Below, piece by piece: positions 26,001-39,407 of a stretch of 64,000 nt of DNA. Where the stretch lies: assembly GCF_964204645.1 (NCBI RefSeq), contig NC_134027.1:16462485-16526484 (forward strand). The letters are read 5' to 3'. The notes under the pieces are model-generated. The model saw nothing but the letters and a program-made list of their open reading frames with translations, was not told the origin of the DNA and did no database searches. The DNA is from Tubulanus polymorphus (lineage: Eukaryota > Animalia > Nemertea). Numbering within the stretch: position 1 is the stretch's first letter; each line of letters opens with the position of its first letter. The translations under genes were made by a program, and so were the position numbers.

Positions 26001-28812
26001 GTTATCTCTGAACGGAAACTTGTAACCGAAATCAACGGAACGCCTCATCTTGGAATGAGACGGTCTAACTAGTGGAGTCACGCAAGGTAGTATCCTAAGT
26101 CGTCTTCTGTTTAATGTCCTGACAAATGACATACACAGTAATCCAAAATATACCAGACCGAGTAAATTTCCAAAACAACCTTAACACACTGTTCGACCAA
26201 AAACTTAATGTTCCGACAAAACCACGGGCGACAAAACCAAAATATTGAACTGTCACGGGCGACAAAACAAAAATAATAAATTGTCGCAGGCGATAAAACC
26301 AAAATAATGAATTATCGCGGGCGATAAAACCAAAATATTGAATTGTCGCGGGCGATTAAACCAAAATAATGAATTGTCGCGGGCGACAAAACCAAAATAT
26401 TGAATTGTCACGGGCGACAAAACCAAAAAGAAGAATTGTCGTGGGCGACAAAACCAAAATAATGAATTGTCGCGGGCGACAAAACCAAAATAATGAATTG
26501 TCGCTGGAGATAAAACCAAAGTAATGAATTGTCGCGGGCGATAAAACCAAAATATTGAATTGTCGCGGGCGACAAAACCAAACTAATGAATTGTCGTGGG
26601 CGACAAAATCAAAAAAAGAATTGTCGGGGCGACAAAACCAAAATAATGAATTGTCGCGGGCGATAAAACCAAAATATTGAATTGTCGCGGGCGACAAAAC
26701 CAAACTAATGAATTGTCGCGGGCGACAAAACCAAAAAAAGAATTGTCGGGACGACAAAACCGTAATAATGAATTGTCGCCGGCGATAAAACCAAAATATT
26801 GAATTGTCGCATGCGATAAAACCAAAATATTGAATTGTCGCGGGCGACAAAACCAAAAAAAAAATTGTCGCGGGCGACAAAAACAAAATATAAAACCAAA
26901 ATAATTAATTGTCGCTGGCGACAAAACCAAAATAATGAATTGTCGCTGGCGATAAAACCAAAGTAGTGAATTGTCGTGGGCAATAAAACCAAAATATTGA
27001 ATTTTCGCGGGCGACAAAACCGAAATAATGAATTGTCGCAAGCAATAAAACCAAAATAATGAATTGTCGCGGGCGATAAAACCAAAATATTGAATTGTCG
27101 CGTGTGACAAAACCAAAATAATGAATTGTCGCGGGCGACAAAATCAAAATCATTGTTTTCTCGCGTTATTTTAGTTTTGTCGTTTTGTCGTAATGTCGCC
27201 CTCATTTGCATATTCGTGTTTTTTTATCTTATCAGCCACCATACTAAAGCCTTAAGGTCGCGTAAAACTCGATAAACACTTCAAGCGACACAGCGAACGA
27301 TCTCCTTTCCCCCACAGCGAACGCTTACTCCGAATGTCAAGTGTGAGTCCAGCATACGGATAGGAGTGTGTTATATACTTGTATTTAGTAAATACCTTGT
27401 GAATTTGACAATGATCGGTATGTACTGTAGGAAATATACAGTATTGATAAATGGTTGAAGCCCGCGGCCGAATAAAGTAATATATTCTTTTATTTTTATA
27501 CCTCGTCGACATAACAGCTTTTCTCCGCCATATCTCTTCGGCCTGTTTAGTTTAGGCCTACGATTCCCCGGTACACTAAAGATTTATCTTAGTAAATACA
27601 CGGTTAATTCGGTAAAGAAAAATAGGTATTGTTAAACTAACTCCTTGAAACCCGCAGCCTAATCACTGGTAGTAATAAATTAATTTGTACTCGATTTGAT
27701 TCTCATGATGAGGAGAAACTCGCAGCTCATCCCCGGAACGTCGATGTAGTAACACACGTCGATTCGTCGATGTTTACGGCTCGACAGTGCTTTTAAAATC
27801 TAAAGTAGTAAATTTCCAGTGTATCGGTAATATGATTTGATGAGAAAAATGGGCTATTGTTAAAATCACTGTTTGAAGACCGCGACTGATTGTGAAGTCT
27901 GCGGCAATAAATTAGTTCATTTATACTTGAATTGATAATCGAAGTGACAGTCGGCCTGCGGGTTGATTTCGGGATGACGACTCGAAAAACATGTCGCCCC
28001 ATTGAATGGGGCTAAATTTTCGATGTTTACAGCCCGACAGCGCTTTTGTAACGATGATTCGTGAAAAAACACGCGGGCTATTTGTAGATCTCAGTGAGCT
28101 GAACGATATTATATGGATTGTATATGAAACAGCTGTAAGGTAACAAAGCCTATGTTCTTTTGGTAAAAATAGTGTGGAAGAAAATAATAATAATAAATAT
28201 AGCTGCAAAGCAGCGATAACGGGTTTTCTGCACAGTCTTAGAATCCTGTTCAACGGTGGATTTCAACAAAGCATTTGATAAGGCTCAACATCAGCCATTA
28301 CTGAACAGGCTATTAGGAAACAGTATCAATGAAAGGTCGCCCAAATGGCACAGCAGTTATCTCTGAACGGAAACTTGTAACCGAAATCAACGGAACGCCT
28401 CATCTCGGAATGAGACGGTCTAACTAGTGGAGTCACGCAAGGTAGTATCCTAAGTCGTCTTCTGTTTAATGTCCTGACAAATGACATACACAGTAATCCA
28501 AAATATACCAGACCGAGTAAATTTCCAAAACAACCTTAACACACTGTTCGACCAAAAACTTAATGTTCCGACAAAACCACGGGCGACAAAACCAAAATTA
28601 TGAATTGTCGCGGGTGAATAAACCAAAATATTGAATTGTCACGGGCGACAAAACAAAAATAATGAATTGTCGCGGGCGATAAAACCAAAATAATGAATTG
28701 TCGCGGGCGATAAAACCACAATAATGAATTTCCGCGGGCGTTAAAACCAAAATATTGAATTGTTGCGGGCGATAAAACCAAAATAATGAAGTGTCGCGGG
28801 CGATAAAACCAA

Positions 28813-31060
28813 ACTAGGGGTCCAGGGACACCATGCTCACTTGGGCAGTGGTTTCAAATGCTCAACAATCTAACAATTTCAATACATAACGCCCTCTAGT
28901 GACCATATACAAAAACCAATGACCTTGAAACTCACCACTATCATAGAACATGTGAGCAGCTATGATTTTGTAATCGATTGTGATATGCCTCGTTACAAAT
29001 TTAATATGGAAATACTAAGTTATTCTACTATTCAACGACCCCTGGTGACCATATGCAAAACCAAATGACCATAAAACTCACCACAATCGTAGTACATGTC
29101 ATGAAATACAACTTTGCAATTGATCATAGTAACAAAATATGCCTAGGTACCAATCTAATAAGGAAATACTAAGCCATTCTACTATTCAGCGCCCCCTGGT
29201 GACTATATGGAATAACTAATGTCCTTAAAAACTCACCACAATCATAGACGATGTCATGAACTACAACTTTGCAATGGATCGTGGTAACAAACTATGCCTA
29301 GGTACCAATCTAATAAGGAAAAACTAAGCTTTTCTACTATTCAACGCCCCCTGGTGACTATATGGAATAACTAATGTCCTTAAAAACTCACCACAACCAT
29401 AGACGATGTCATGAACTACAACTTTGCCATTGATCATGGTAACAAAATATGCCTTGGTACAAATATAATATAGCGATACTAAGTTATTGTATTATTCAAC
29501 GCCCCCTGATGGCCACATACAAAAACCAATGACCTTGAAACTCACCAAAATCATAGAACACGTTATGGGCTACAACTTTCCAATTGAATATAGTAACACA
29601 ATATGCTTAGGTATCAATTAATTGTGGAAAAACTTTTTCCACCTACGAATGAGTACTGATGACACCAAGATGGCCGCCAATTGCGTCATAATTGGCTGAT
29701 CAAAAATACCTGTCCCAGGTATAAAACATCCCTCTCTAAAGAATATCCATCAGCAATTGCAATGAGAAATGGCAAACCAGTAGGAAGCTACAGGACCTAG
29801 AATTCTGGCCAAAATTGACATTGGACGGCCATCTTGAGTCAGATCGACCCAATTTTCTTATGCTGATGGGCCTTTGGTAGATTCAAATATAAACGAAAGA
29901 TCAAGGTAATTGATCAAAGCGTCTTCAAAATTTCCCACGAAAACTTCGAAAATGTTTAAAAAGTGCTGATTTTGGCAAACAACAATGGCTGCCAGTCGGC
30001 CATCTTGAATCTGACAGGGCCAGTTTTTGGGCTGACGATGTGTCTAGGGTAGATACATGTATAAACCAAATATCACGACATTACCTTGAAGCGTCTTCAA
30101 AACTTTAATATGGAAATACTAAGTTATTCTACTATTCAACGCCCCCTGGTGACCATATTCAAAACCCAATGACCTTAAAACTCACCACAATCGTAGTACA
30201 TGTCATGAAATACAACTTTGCAATTGATCACAGTAACAAAATATGCCTAGGTACCAATCTAATAAGGAAATACTAAGCCATTCTACTATTCAGCGCCCCC
30301 TGGTGACTATATGGAATAACTAATGTCCTCAAAAACTCACCACAATCATAGCCGATGTCATGAACTACAACTTTGCAATGGATTGTGGTAACAAACTATG
30401 CCTAGGTACCAATCTAATAAGGAAAAACTAAGCTTTTCTACTATTCAACGCCCCCTGGTGACTATATGGAATAACTAATGTCCTTAAAAACTCACCACAA
30501 TCATAGACGATTTCATGAACTACAACTTTGCCATTGATCATGGTAACAAAATATGCCTTGGTACAAATATAATATAGCGATACTAAGTTATTGTATTATT
30601 CAACGCCCCCTGATGGCCACATACAAAAACCAATGACCTTGAAACTCACCAAAATCATAGAACACGTTATGGGCTACAACTTTCCAATTGAATATAGTAA
30701 CACATTATGCTTAGGTATCAATTAATTGTGGAAAAACTTTTTCCCACCTACGAATGAGTACTGATGACACCAAGATGGCCGCCAATTGCGTCATAATTGG
30801 CTGATCAAAAATACCTGTCCCAGGTATAAAACATCCCTCTCTAAAGCATATCCATCAGCAATTGCAATGAGAAATGGCAAACCAGTAGGAAGCTACAGGA
30901 CCTAGAATTCTGGCCAAAATTGACATTTTTCGGCACTAAAAAGGTCATAGGACGGCCATCTTGAGTCAGATCGACCCAATTTTCTTATGCTTATGGGCCT
31001 TTGGTAGATTCAAATATAAATGAAAGATCAAGGTAATTGATCAAAGCGTCTTCAAAATTT
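28813..31060 (+). mobile_element. Family B copy with an internal duplication of about 1.1 kb, 3' end missing
   Basis: Same 5' end; the 120-bp repeat block and the CAAGATGGCCGCC segment occur twice (29666 and 30771). Confidence 0.75.
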
Positions 31061-34000
31061 TCTTCAGGCGACAAAACCAAAATAATGAATTGTCGCGGGC
31101 CTTAAAACCAAAATTATGAATTGTCTCGTGCGACAAAACCAAAATAATGAAATGTCGCGGGCAATAAAACCAAAATAATGAATTATCGCGGGCGATAAAA
31201 CCAAAATAATGAATTGTCTCGTGCGACAAAACCAAAATAATGAATTGTCGCGGGCAATAAAACCAAAATAATGAATTATCGCGGGCGATAAAACCAAAAT
31301 ATTGAATTGTCGGGGGCGATAAACCAAAAATAATGAATTGTCGCGGGCGACAAAACCAAAAAAAAAAATTGTCGCGGGCGACAAAAACAAATTATAAAAC
31401 CAAAATAATGAATTGTCGTGGGCGTCAAAACCAAAAGAAGAATTGTCGCGGGCGACAAAACCAAAATAATGAATTGTCGCTGGAGATAAAACCAAAGTAA
31501 TGAATTGTCGTGGGCGATAAAACCAAAATATTGAATTGTCGTGGGCGACAAAACCAAACTAATGAATTGTCGCGGGCGACAAAACCAAAAAAAGAATTGT
31601 GGGGGCAACAAAACCAAAATAATGAATTGTCGCGGGCGACAAAACCAAAATGGTGAATTGTCCAGGCGACAAAACCAAAATGGTGAATTGTCGCGGGCGA
31701 CAAAACCAAAATAATGAATTGTCGCGGGCGACATAACCAAAATAATGAATTGTCGCGGGCGATAAAACCAAAATAATGAATTATCGCGGGCGACAAAACC
31801 AAAATAATGAATTGTCGCGGGCGATAAAACCAAAATGATGAATTGTCTCGGGCGACAAAACCAAAATAATGAATTGTCGCGGGCGATAAAACCAAAATAA
31901 TGAATTATCGCGGGCGATAAAACCAAAATATTGAATTGTCGCGGGCGATTAAACCAAAATAATGAATTGTCGCTGGCGACAATACCAAAATATTGAATTG
32001 TCGCGGGCGACAAAACCAAAAGAAAATTGTCGCGGGCGACTAAAACAAAATATAAAACCAAAATAATGAATTGTCGCGGGTGACAAAACCAAAAAGAAGA
32101 ATTGTCGCGGGCGACAAAACCAAAATAATGAATTGTCGCTGGAGACAATACCAAAATATTGAATTGTCGCGGGCGACAAAACCAGAAAAAAATTGTCGCG
32201 GGTGACTAAAACAAAATATAAAACCAAAATAATGAATTGTCGCTGGAGATAAAACCAAAGTAATGAATTCTCGCAAGCGACAAAACCAAAATATTGAATT
32301 TTCGCGGGCGACAAAACCAAAATATTGAATTGTCGCAGGCGACAAAACCAGACTAATGAATTGTCCCGGGCGACAAAACCAAAAAGAAGAATTGTCGCGG
32401 TCGACAAAACCAAAATAATGAATTGTCGCTGGCGATGAAACCAAAGTAGTGAATTGTCGTGAGCAATTAAACCAAAATATTGAATTTTCGCGGGCGACAA
32501 AACCAAAATATTGAATTGTCGTGGGCGACAAAACCAAAATAATGAATTGTCGCAAGCGACAAAACCAAACTAATGAATTGTCGCGGGCGACAAAACCAAA
32601 AAAATTAATTGTCGCGGGCGACAAAACCAAAATAATGAATTGTCGCGGGCGATAAAACCAAAATGATGAATTGTCTCGGGCGACAAAACCAAAATATTGA
32701 ATTGTCGCGGGCGATTAAACCAAAATAATGAATTGTCGCGGGCGACAAAACCAAAATATTGAATTGTCGCGGGCGACAAAACCAAAAAAAAAAATTTTCG
32801 CGGGCGACTAATACAAAATATAAAACCAAAATAATGAATTGTCACGGGCGACAAAACCAAAAAGAAGAATTGTCGCGGGCAACAAAACCAAAATAATGAA
32901 TTTTCGCTGGCGATAAAACCAAAGTAGTGAATTGTCGTGGGCGATAAAACCAAAATATTGAATTTTCGCGGGCGACAAAACCAAATTAATGAATTGTCAC
33001 AAGCGATAAAACCAAAATAATGAATTGTCGCGGGCGATAAAACCAAAATATTGAATTGTCGCGTGTGACAAAACCAAAATAATGAATTGTCGCGGGCGAC
33101 AAAATCAAAATCATTTCTCGCGTTATTTTAGTTTTGTCGTTTTGTCGTAATGTCGCCCTCATTTGCATATTCGTGTTTTTTTTATCTTATCAGCCACCAT
33201 ACTAAAGCTAATAAGGTCGCGTAAAACTCGATAAACACTTCAAGCGACACAGCGAACGATCTCCTTTCCCCAAAAGCGAACGCTTACTCCCGAATGTCAA
33301 GTGTGAGTCCAGCATACGGATAGGAGTGTGTTATATACTTGTATTTAGTAAATACCTTGTGCATTTGACAATGATCGGTATGTTCTGTAGGAAATATAAA
33401 TTATTTAAAGGGTTGAAGCCCGCGGCCGAATAAAGTAACGTATTCTTTTATTTTGATACCTCGTCGACATAACAGCTTTTCTCCGCCATATCTCTTCGGC
33501 CTGTTTAGTTTAGGCCTACGATTCCCCGGTACACTAAAGATTTATCTTAGTAAATACACGGTTAATTCGGTAAAGAAAAATAGGTATTATTAAACTAACT
33601 CCTTGAAACCCGCAGCCAAATCACTGGTAGTAATAAATTAATTTGTACTCGATTTGATTCTCATGATGAGGAGAAACTCGCAGCTCATCCCCGGAACGTC
33701 GATGTAGTAACACACTTCGATTCGTCGATGTTTACGGCTCCACAGTGCTTTTAAAATCTAAAGTAGTAAATTTCCAGTGTATCGGTAATATGATTTGATG
33801 AGGAAAATGGGCTATTGTTAAAATCACTGTTTGAAGACCGCGACTGAATGTGAAGTCTGCGGCAATAAATTAGTTCATTTATACTTGAATTGATAATCGA
33901 AGTGACAGTCGGCCTGCGGGTTGATTTCGGGATGACGACTCGAAAAACATGTCGCCCCATTGAATGGGGCTAAATTTTCGATGTTTACGGCCCGACAGCG

Positions 34001-34511
34001 CTTTTGTAACGATGATTCGTGAAAAAACACGCGGGCTATTTGTAGATCTCAGTGAGCTGAACGATATTATATGGATTGTATATGAAACAGCGGTAAGGTA
34101 ACAAAGCCTATGTTCTTTTGGTAAATATAGTGTGGAAGAAAATAATAATAATAATAATCACGCGGATATCAATAGGGTTTTCTGTGAAATAACAGAAAAC
34201 CCTAATAAGAAACACGCGAATCTCAATAGGGTTTTCTGTGATGTAACAGAAAACCCTAATAAGAAACACGCGAATCTCAATAGGGTTTTCTGTGATGTAA
34301 CAGAAAACCCTAATAATAATAATAAGAAACACGTGAATCTCAATAGGAATCTCAAAATTATGAATTGTCGCGGGTGACAAAACCAAAATATTTAATTGTC
34401 ACGGGCGACAAAACAAAAATAATGAATTGTCGCAGACGACAAAAACAAAATATTGAATTGTTGCGTGCGACAAAACCAGAATAATGAATTGTCGCGGGCG
34501 ACAAAACCAAA

Positions 34512-35175
34512 CTAGAGGTCCAGGGACACCATGCTCACTTGGGAAGTGGTTTCAAATGCTCAACAATCTAACAATATCAATACACAACGCCCTCTAGTGA
34601 CCATATACAAAAACCAATAACCTTGAAACCCACCACAATCATAGAACATGTGAGCAGCTATGATTTTGTAATTGATTGTGATAACAAAATATGCCTCGTT
34701 ACCAAGTTAATATGGAAATACTAAGTTATTCTACTATTCAACGCCCCTGGTGACCATATGCAAAACCCAATGACCTTAAAACTCACCACAATCGTAGTAC
34801 ATGTCATGAAATACAACTTCGCAATTGATCATAGTAACAAAATATGCCTAGGTACCAATGTAATAAGGAAATACTAAGCCATTCTACGATTCAACGCCCC
34901 CTGGTGACTCTATGGAATAACTAATGTCCTTAAAAACTCACCACAATCATAGACGATGTCATGATCTACAACTTTGCAATGGATCATGGTAACAAACTAT
35001 GCCTAGGTACCAATCTAATAAGGAAAAACTAAGCTTTTCTACTATTCAACGCCCCCTGGTGACTATATGGAATAACTAATGTCCTTAAAAACTCACCAGA
35101 ATCATAGACGATGTCATGAACTACAACTTCGCAATTGATCATGGTAACAAAATATGGCTCGGTACAAATATAATT
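34512..35175 (+). mobile_element. 5' half of a family B copy fused to Polinton pPolB
   Basis: Family B 5' end and 120-bp repeats end abruptly at GATCAAGATAGAAAAG (35179); the ATG of ORF 35116 comes from the repeat. Confidence 0.75.
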
Positions 35176-35178
35176 CAA

Positions 35179-36941
35179 GATCAAGATAGAAAAGAAATAT
35201 ATCATAAAAGAAAGAAATTAAATTCTAATGAAAATGATATAATTGATTATTCAGATCCTCTAATAACAGATACTATTAAAAAGATTCATCAAAGTGCAGC
35301 AGCTTTTGGATTATATATAAAATTTGATTATCCAGAACTAATTAAAAGTGAATATTATAATTACAGAAATGAAAATGTTATCAATCATTTTTGTGACTTA
35401 TTAATTGAGTATGAAATCAAATTTAATAAACTATTAGATACAAATATAGAAATAATTATGACAGAAGAAGATAAAGATGAATCTGAGTTTGCTGATAAAT
35501 GCTATTATTGTGAAAAGATATTTAATCTAAAAGATAAAAAAGTTAGAGATCATGATCATTTGAATGGAAAGTTAAGAGGCGCAGCACATGAGAATTGTAA
35601 CTTACAAGCAAAGAAAATTAACTTTGTTCCAGTAATATTTCATAATTTATCAGGGTATGATGCACATTTATTCATCAAGCAACTGTGCCATAAAATAGAA
35701 GAAAACAACAAGAAGAAAAGAATTCTAGATATTGCAGATGATTCAGATACTGGTTACTTCTGTGTTGTAGATTTAGAATACCCTGAAAACATTAAATTTA
35801 AATCTAGAAATCTAGCATACTGCCCCGAACATAAAACTGTAACACATGATGAATTATCAAATTACCAAAAAGAATTAAACCCGAAAATCATATTCATACA
35901 GAAAAGTAAATGGTAACTCAGGAAGATAAATATAATTATGTCGTTCATTATAGAATGTTGAAGTTTTATTTGAATCAAGGAATGGTTCTAAAAAAAGTAC
36001 ATAGATATATTTCATTTAGTCAATCTAAATGGTTGGAAAAATGTATAGATTTTAACACTAAACAGAGAACTGAAGCTAAAACTGATTTCGAGAAAGATTT
36101 CTTCAAGTTAATGAACAATGCATTCTATGGTAAGACTTGTGATAATAGTAGAAATAGAAATGATATTGAGTTAGTTAGCAATGGTAAAAGACTTAGACAT
36201 TTACAAACATAGCCTAAGTTTATAGTTAACAGAATATTTGATAAAAATTTCGCTGCAGTTAAAATGAAGAGAACTTCTATGAAAGTTAATAAACCAATTT
36301 ATGTTGGTGCTTCAGTTTTAGAAATATCAAAATTATTAATGTATGAATTCTATTATAACGTATTACAACCTCATTTTGGAGAAAAACATATTGAAATTCT
36401 ATACTTTGATACTGACAGTTACATATTAAAGATAACAACTAATAACATAACAGATGATTTAAAAACATTAAAACATCATTTTGTTTTCAGTAATTATCCA
36501 AAAGGTCATGAATTGTTTAGCGTTGATAATAAAAAGGTGCCCGGTAAATTCAAAGATGAATTAGGAGGTGAAGAGATGATTGAATCCATTGGAATTCTAT
36601 CTAAAATGTATTCATATATAACTAAAACTGATGAATCAAAGAAATTGAAAGGAATTACCAAAAGTGTAGCAGAAAAGAATATTCATTTCAAAGATTACAT
36701 CAATTGTATATTTAATGAAGAAGTTAGAAAACATAAGATGAAATGTTTAAGATCTGAATACCACGAGATGTTTATTGAAGAGATAGAGAAGATAAGTTAA
36801 AACCCATTTGACGATAAAAGATATATTCTGGATGATGGTATACACACAGTTGCTTATGGTTGCAATTTAGAAAAATATATAAAATTTAAAAGAGAAGAAA
36901 CAAAAGAAAAGGAAATAATGAACAGGATTATAACGTGTTAA
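35179..36941 (+). pseudogene. Polinton protein-primed DNA polymerase B (copy 1), with deletions and frameshifts
   Basis: Endo VII-like insert CYYC..VRDHDHLNGKLRGAAHENCN, Exo II FHNLSGYDAH, motif B KLMNNAFYGKT, motif C YFDTDS, PGKFKDE, C-terminal PFDDKRY; motif A region deleted at about 35710. Confidence 0.92.
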
Positions 36942-36970
36942 TCAAATTTTAATAGAAATATGTATCATAA

Positions 36971-37695
36971 ATGGAAAGTACACAATCACAAACTATCAAT
37001 ACTACAAATAGTGTTGTTAATATTTATCATAAGAAATGTTCAAAATGTGAATTGAATAAACAACTCTCGGAATATTATAATAATTATAAAACTCAGAAAG
37101 ATGGTAAGCAAAGTTATTGTAGAACTTGTGTTAAAGAAATGAATAAGCAATACCGAGCAAATAATCCAGATTATCAGAAGGAATGGCGAAATGATAATCC
37201 AGAAGAGATTGGAAAAAAGATAATAGAGAACATTATAATGAGTATCAAAATAATTACCAAAAAGAAAGATATAAAAAGGATCTTAATTTAAATTGAAACA
37301 ATGTTTAAGTTCTAGATTAACAAAATTATTCAGTAAAGAAACGCATTCAGCCACACTATCTAATTTATTGGGGTGTTCAGATTCAATTTCTCAAATCATG
37401 GATAATATATCAATTCGACGATAAAATGAATGAAAAAATTTATGGTGAATATTCTCATATTGATCATGTGTTACCAATATCTGAATTCAACATGAATGAT
37501 GAACACAATCAGAAATTAATCTGGAGCTGGAAAAACTTAAGACCTTTAGAAAAAGTTGAAAATATTAGGAAAGGTAACAAACTAGAAATGAAATTGTATT
37601 TAGATCAACTGGTTAAAGGAAAGACATTTGTTGAATTATGGAACCCAACACATAATGAAAAATACGTTGAATATAAACGTTTAGAAAACCGGTAA
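36971..37695 (+). pseudogene. Frameshifted HNH endonuclease of the NCLDV/Polinton-like virus type
   Basis: KKCSKC...YCRTC Zn motif, then HIDHVLPISEF...WKNLRPL..ENIRKGNK. Confidence 0.7.
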
Positions 37696-38097
37696 CTCTC
37701 GATGTATGTCAAACTGCCTATGCAATTATACTAGCATCTGTGTCGCGTATTATAAATTCAGTTGAATGGGGAGTAGTACCTCATTTGAATATTGATCGAA
37801 CGTGCTCTTTCAGTTGAAAAGAATTAATTGATTTCATCATAAAAGAACATCTGTTGCTCAGACAGACAGGGTTTGGCTAGTGAATAACTGGCAGTTATAA
37901 GCGTGCAGTGCATAAGCATAGGAACGCATAGGATTTCTCTCTAGAAACACAATTTTAGGAGTTTACAGTTATAAAAGTACCGTTTTTGTTGTTATTAAGG
38001 CGTCGGGAAACGCTAAACATGCTTAAGTGCTGTACTTCATATTTGACAACTACACCAAGTTAGTTTTATTCTACATTCTAGATATTTGGTAAAGAAA

Positions 38098-38810
38098 ATG
38101 TCACAAATTTCAAGAAGCTCACTATCTACTTCAAGAAAAACGCTAGAAAGTAAGGAACCAGAGCCGATGGAAATTAATACACCTTTTCAAGAGATCAAGA
38201 GACCGTAATAGATATAGAAGACAAAAATATCGAAAAACTCAAGAAACATTTGGATTATTATAAACAATTAGTAACATTTTTGGATGAAGTAATTACAACC
38301 AAACAATCAACGATACAAGAATTGCTGAAAATACCAACTCCGAGTTTAAAAACATTATTAGGACTTAAAGAAAATAGAAGCAAATTGAGCGGTTATGAAC
38401 TACACGAATATTTGAAATCAAAATTAACTGATTATAGAGATTTATCAAACTTCAATGAAATAGACGCACATTTATTTTCAAAAATTGGTGACTTGCTGAT
38501 AAGCGAGTATGGAAAATTGTTAACGAAACAAACAAATCATCTTTGGGATTTTATAATTTTTGGGAATTCTTTGAATTAAGGGTTTGTTCTCTTTCATTCG
38601 ACCCAAACTATAAATATTTCATTGGCTAATTGGGTTAAAGAAAATATAAATATTAGTGTGGGGTATGAAAGAAAACTTAGAGGGATTGGAAAATTATATT
38701 CGTTTAAAAAATTTCAATTATTGGGTTTGCCATTTGATACCGTTATTAATTATTTGACAGAAAAATGTTTGAAAATTACCCCGAAATCAAAAAATTATGG
38801 TCGAAATTAG
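38098..38810 (+). pseudogene. Disrupted ORF of unknown function within the Polinton region
   Basis: Consecutive same-strand ORF pieces (38250-38579, 38622-38810) with AT-rich coding bias; no recognised motif. Confidence 0.35.
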
Positions 38811-39407
38811 AAAATCCCAATGATGATTTGTAACAGCAGTTGTTTTTCATACTATATAGATTTTTTAATGTATTATATTTACGCTAATTGGATTTTCTAT
38901 TATTCTATGTTCAGCTGTTTTTAATGGCAACAGTGGCAGTTGTTGTATTATACTTTATTGATTCCTGCATTCCACACATACCTTACCGGGCCTCAGCCGA
39001 TCGGCTTGGAATGTGGAAATCGATACTGACTGAATAATAAAATACATATGTTTATGAAATAGTAATTCCACCAGTTGTTACGTTGAATTGATCTTCAGGA
39101 ATTTAATATCGAGGATCCGAAATGACAATAGATAGACAATAGTAGTGAGATATTGAATCCTAATTTAAATAAAAAGTATTAAAAAAACAATAACTTCAAC
39201 TATAAAGTGAATTGTATTATATTCTTAATATTTTCTTTTGCAATTCTAGTTAATACTAGATGGAATAGATTTTGATAAGAAGTGAATAAAAATTACATAT
39301 CTTCAAATAGCTAGTATTACTTATCAAACACTAGTTAGTATCTATCACACAAAGTATTATTCTAGTATCATTTTGTAATATTTTTTTTCGCTTTTTTGCT
39401 AAAATAA

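Larger units (their letters stand above)
8305..34347 (+). mobile_element. Head-to-tail array of five non-autonomous Helentron/HINE-like elements (family A)
   Basis: Identical 5' ends AAATATAGCTGCAAAGCAGCGATAACGGGTTTTCTGC at about 8305, 11418, 16037, 25840 and 28195, each after an (AAT)n tract. The 5' GGGTTTTCTG is inverted relative to the 3' hairpin TAGGGTTTTCTGT-N6-ACAGAAAACCCTA (34173-34312; an older hairpin lies at 8264-8292). No TSDs. Confidence 0.7.
9536..34511 (+). repeat. 31-bp satellite, consensus AAAACCAAAATAATGAATTGTCGCGGGCGA(C/T), in 12 discontinuous arrays
   Basis: Arrays at about 9536-10367, 11800-12065, 13471-15118, 16412-16796, 17059-18386, 18649-21383, 21662-23084, 23371-24793, 26215-27150, 28570-28812, 31062-33112 and 34354-34511; contiguous monomers with no unique spacers. 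Confidence 0.97.

Noticed and set aside
9543-33168. Dozens of minus-strand ORFs (VLSPATIHYFGFIARDNS...)
   Set aside because: Translations of the 31-bp satellite, open in all three frames only because the minus strand lacks stops.
9536-34511. CRISPR array suggested by a 31-bp palindromic repeat
   Set aside because: Monomers are contiguous with no unique spacers, there are no cas genes, and the context is eukaryotic TE DNA.
35116-35916. Novel repeat-pPolB fusion protein
   Set aside because: Chance in-frame junction between a family B repeat and a deleted pPolB; the catalytic region is missing.
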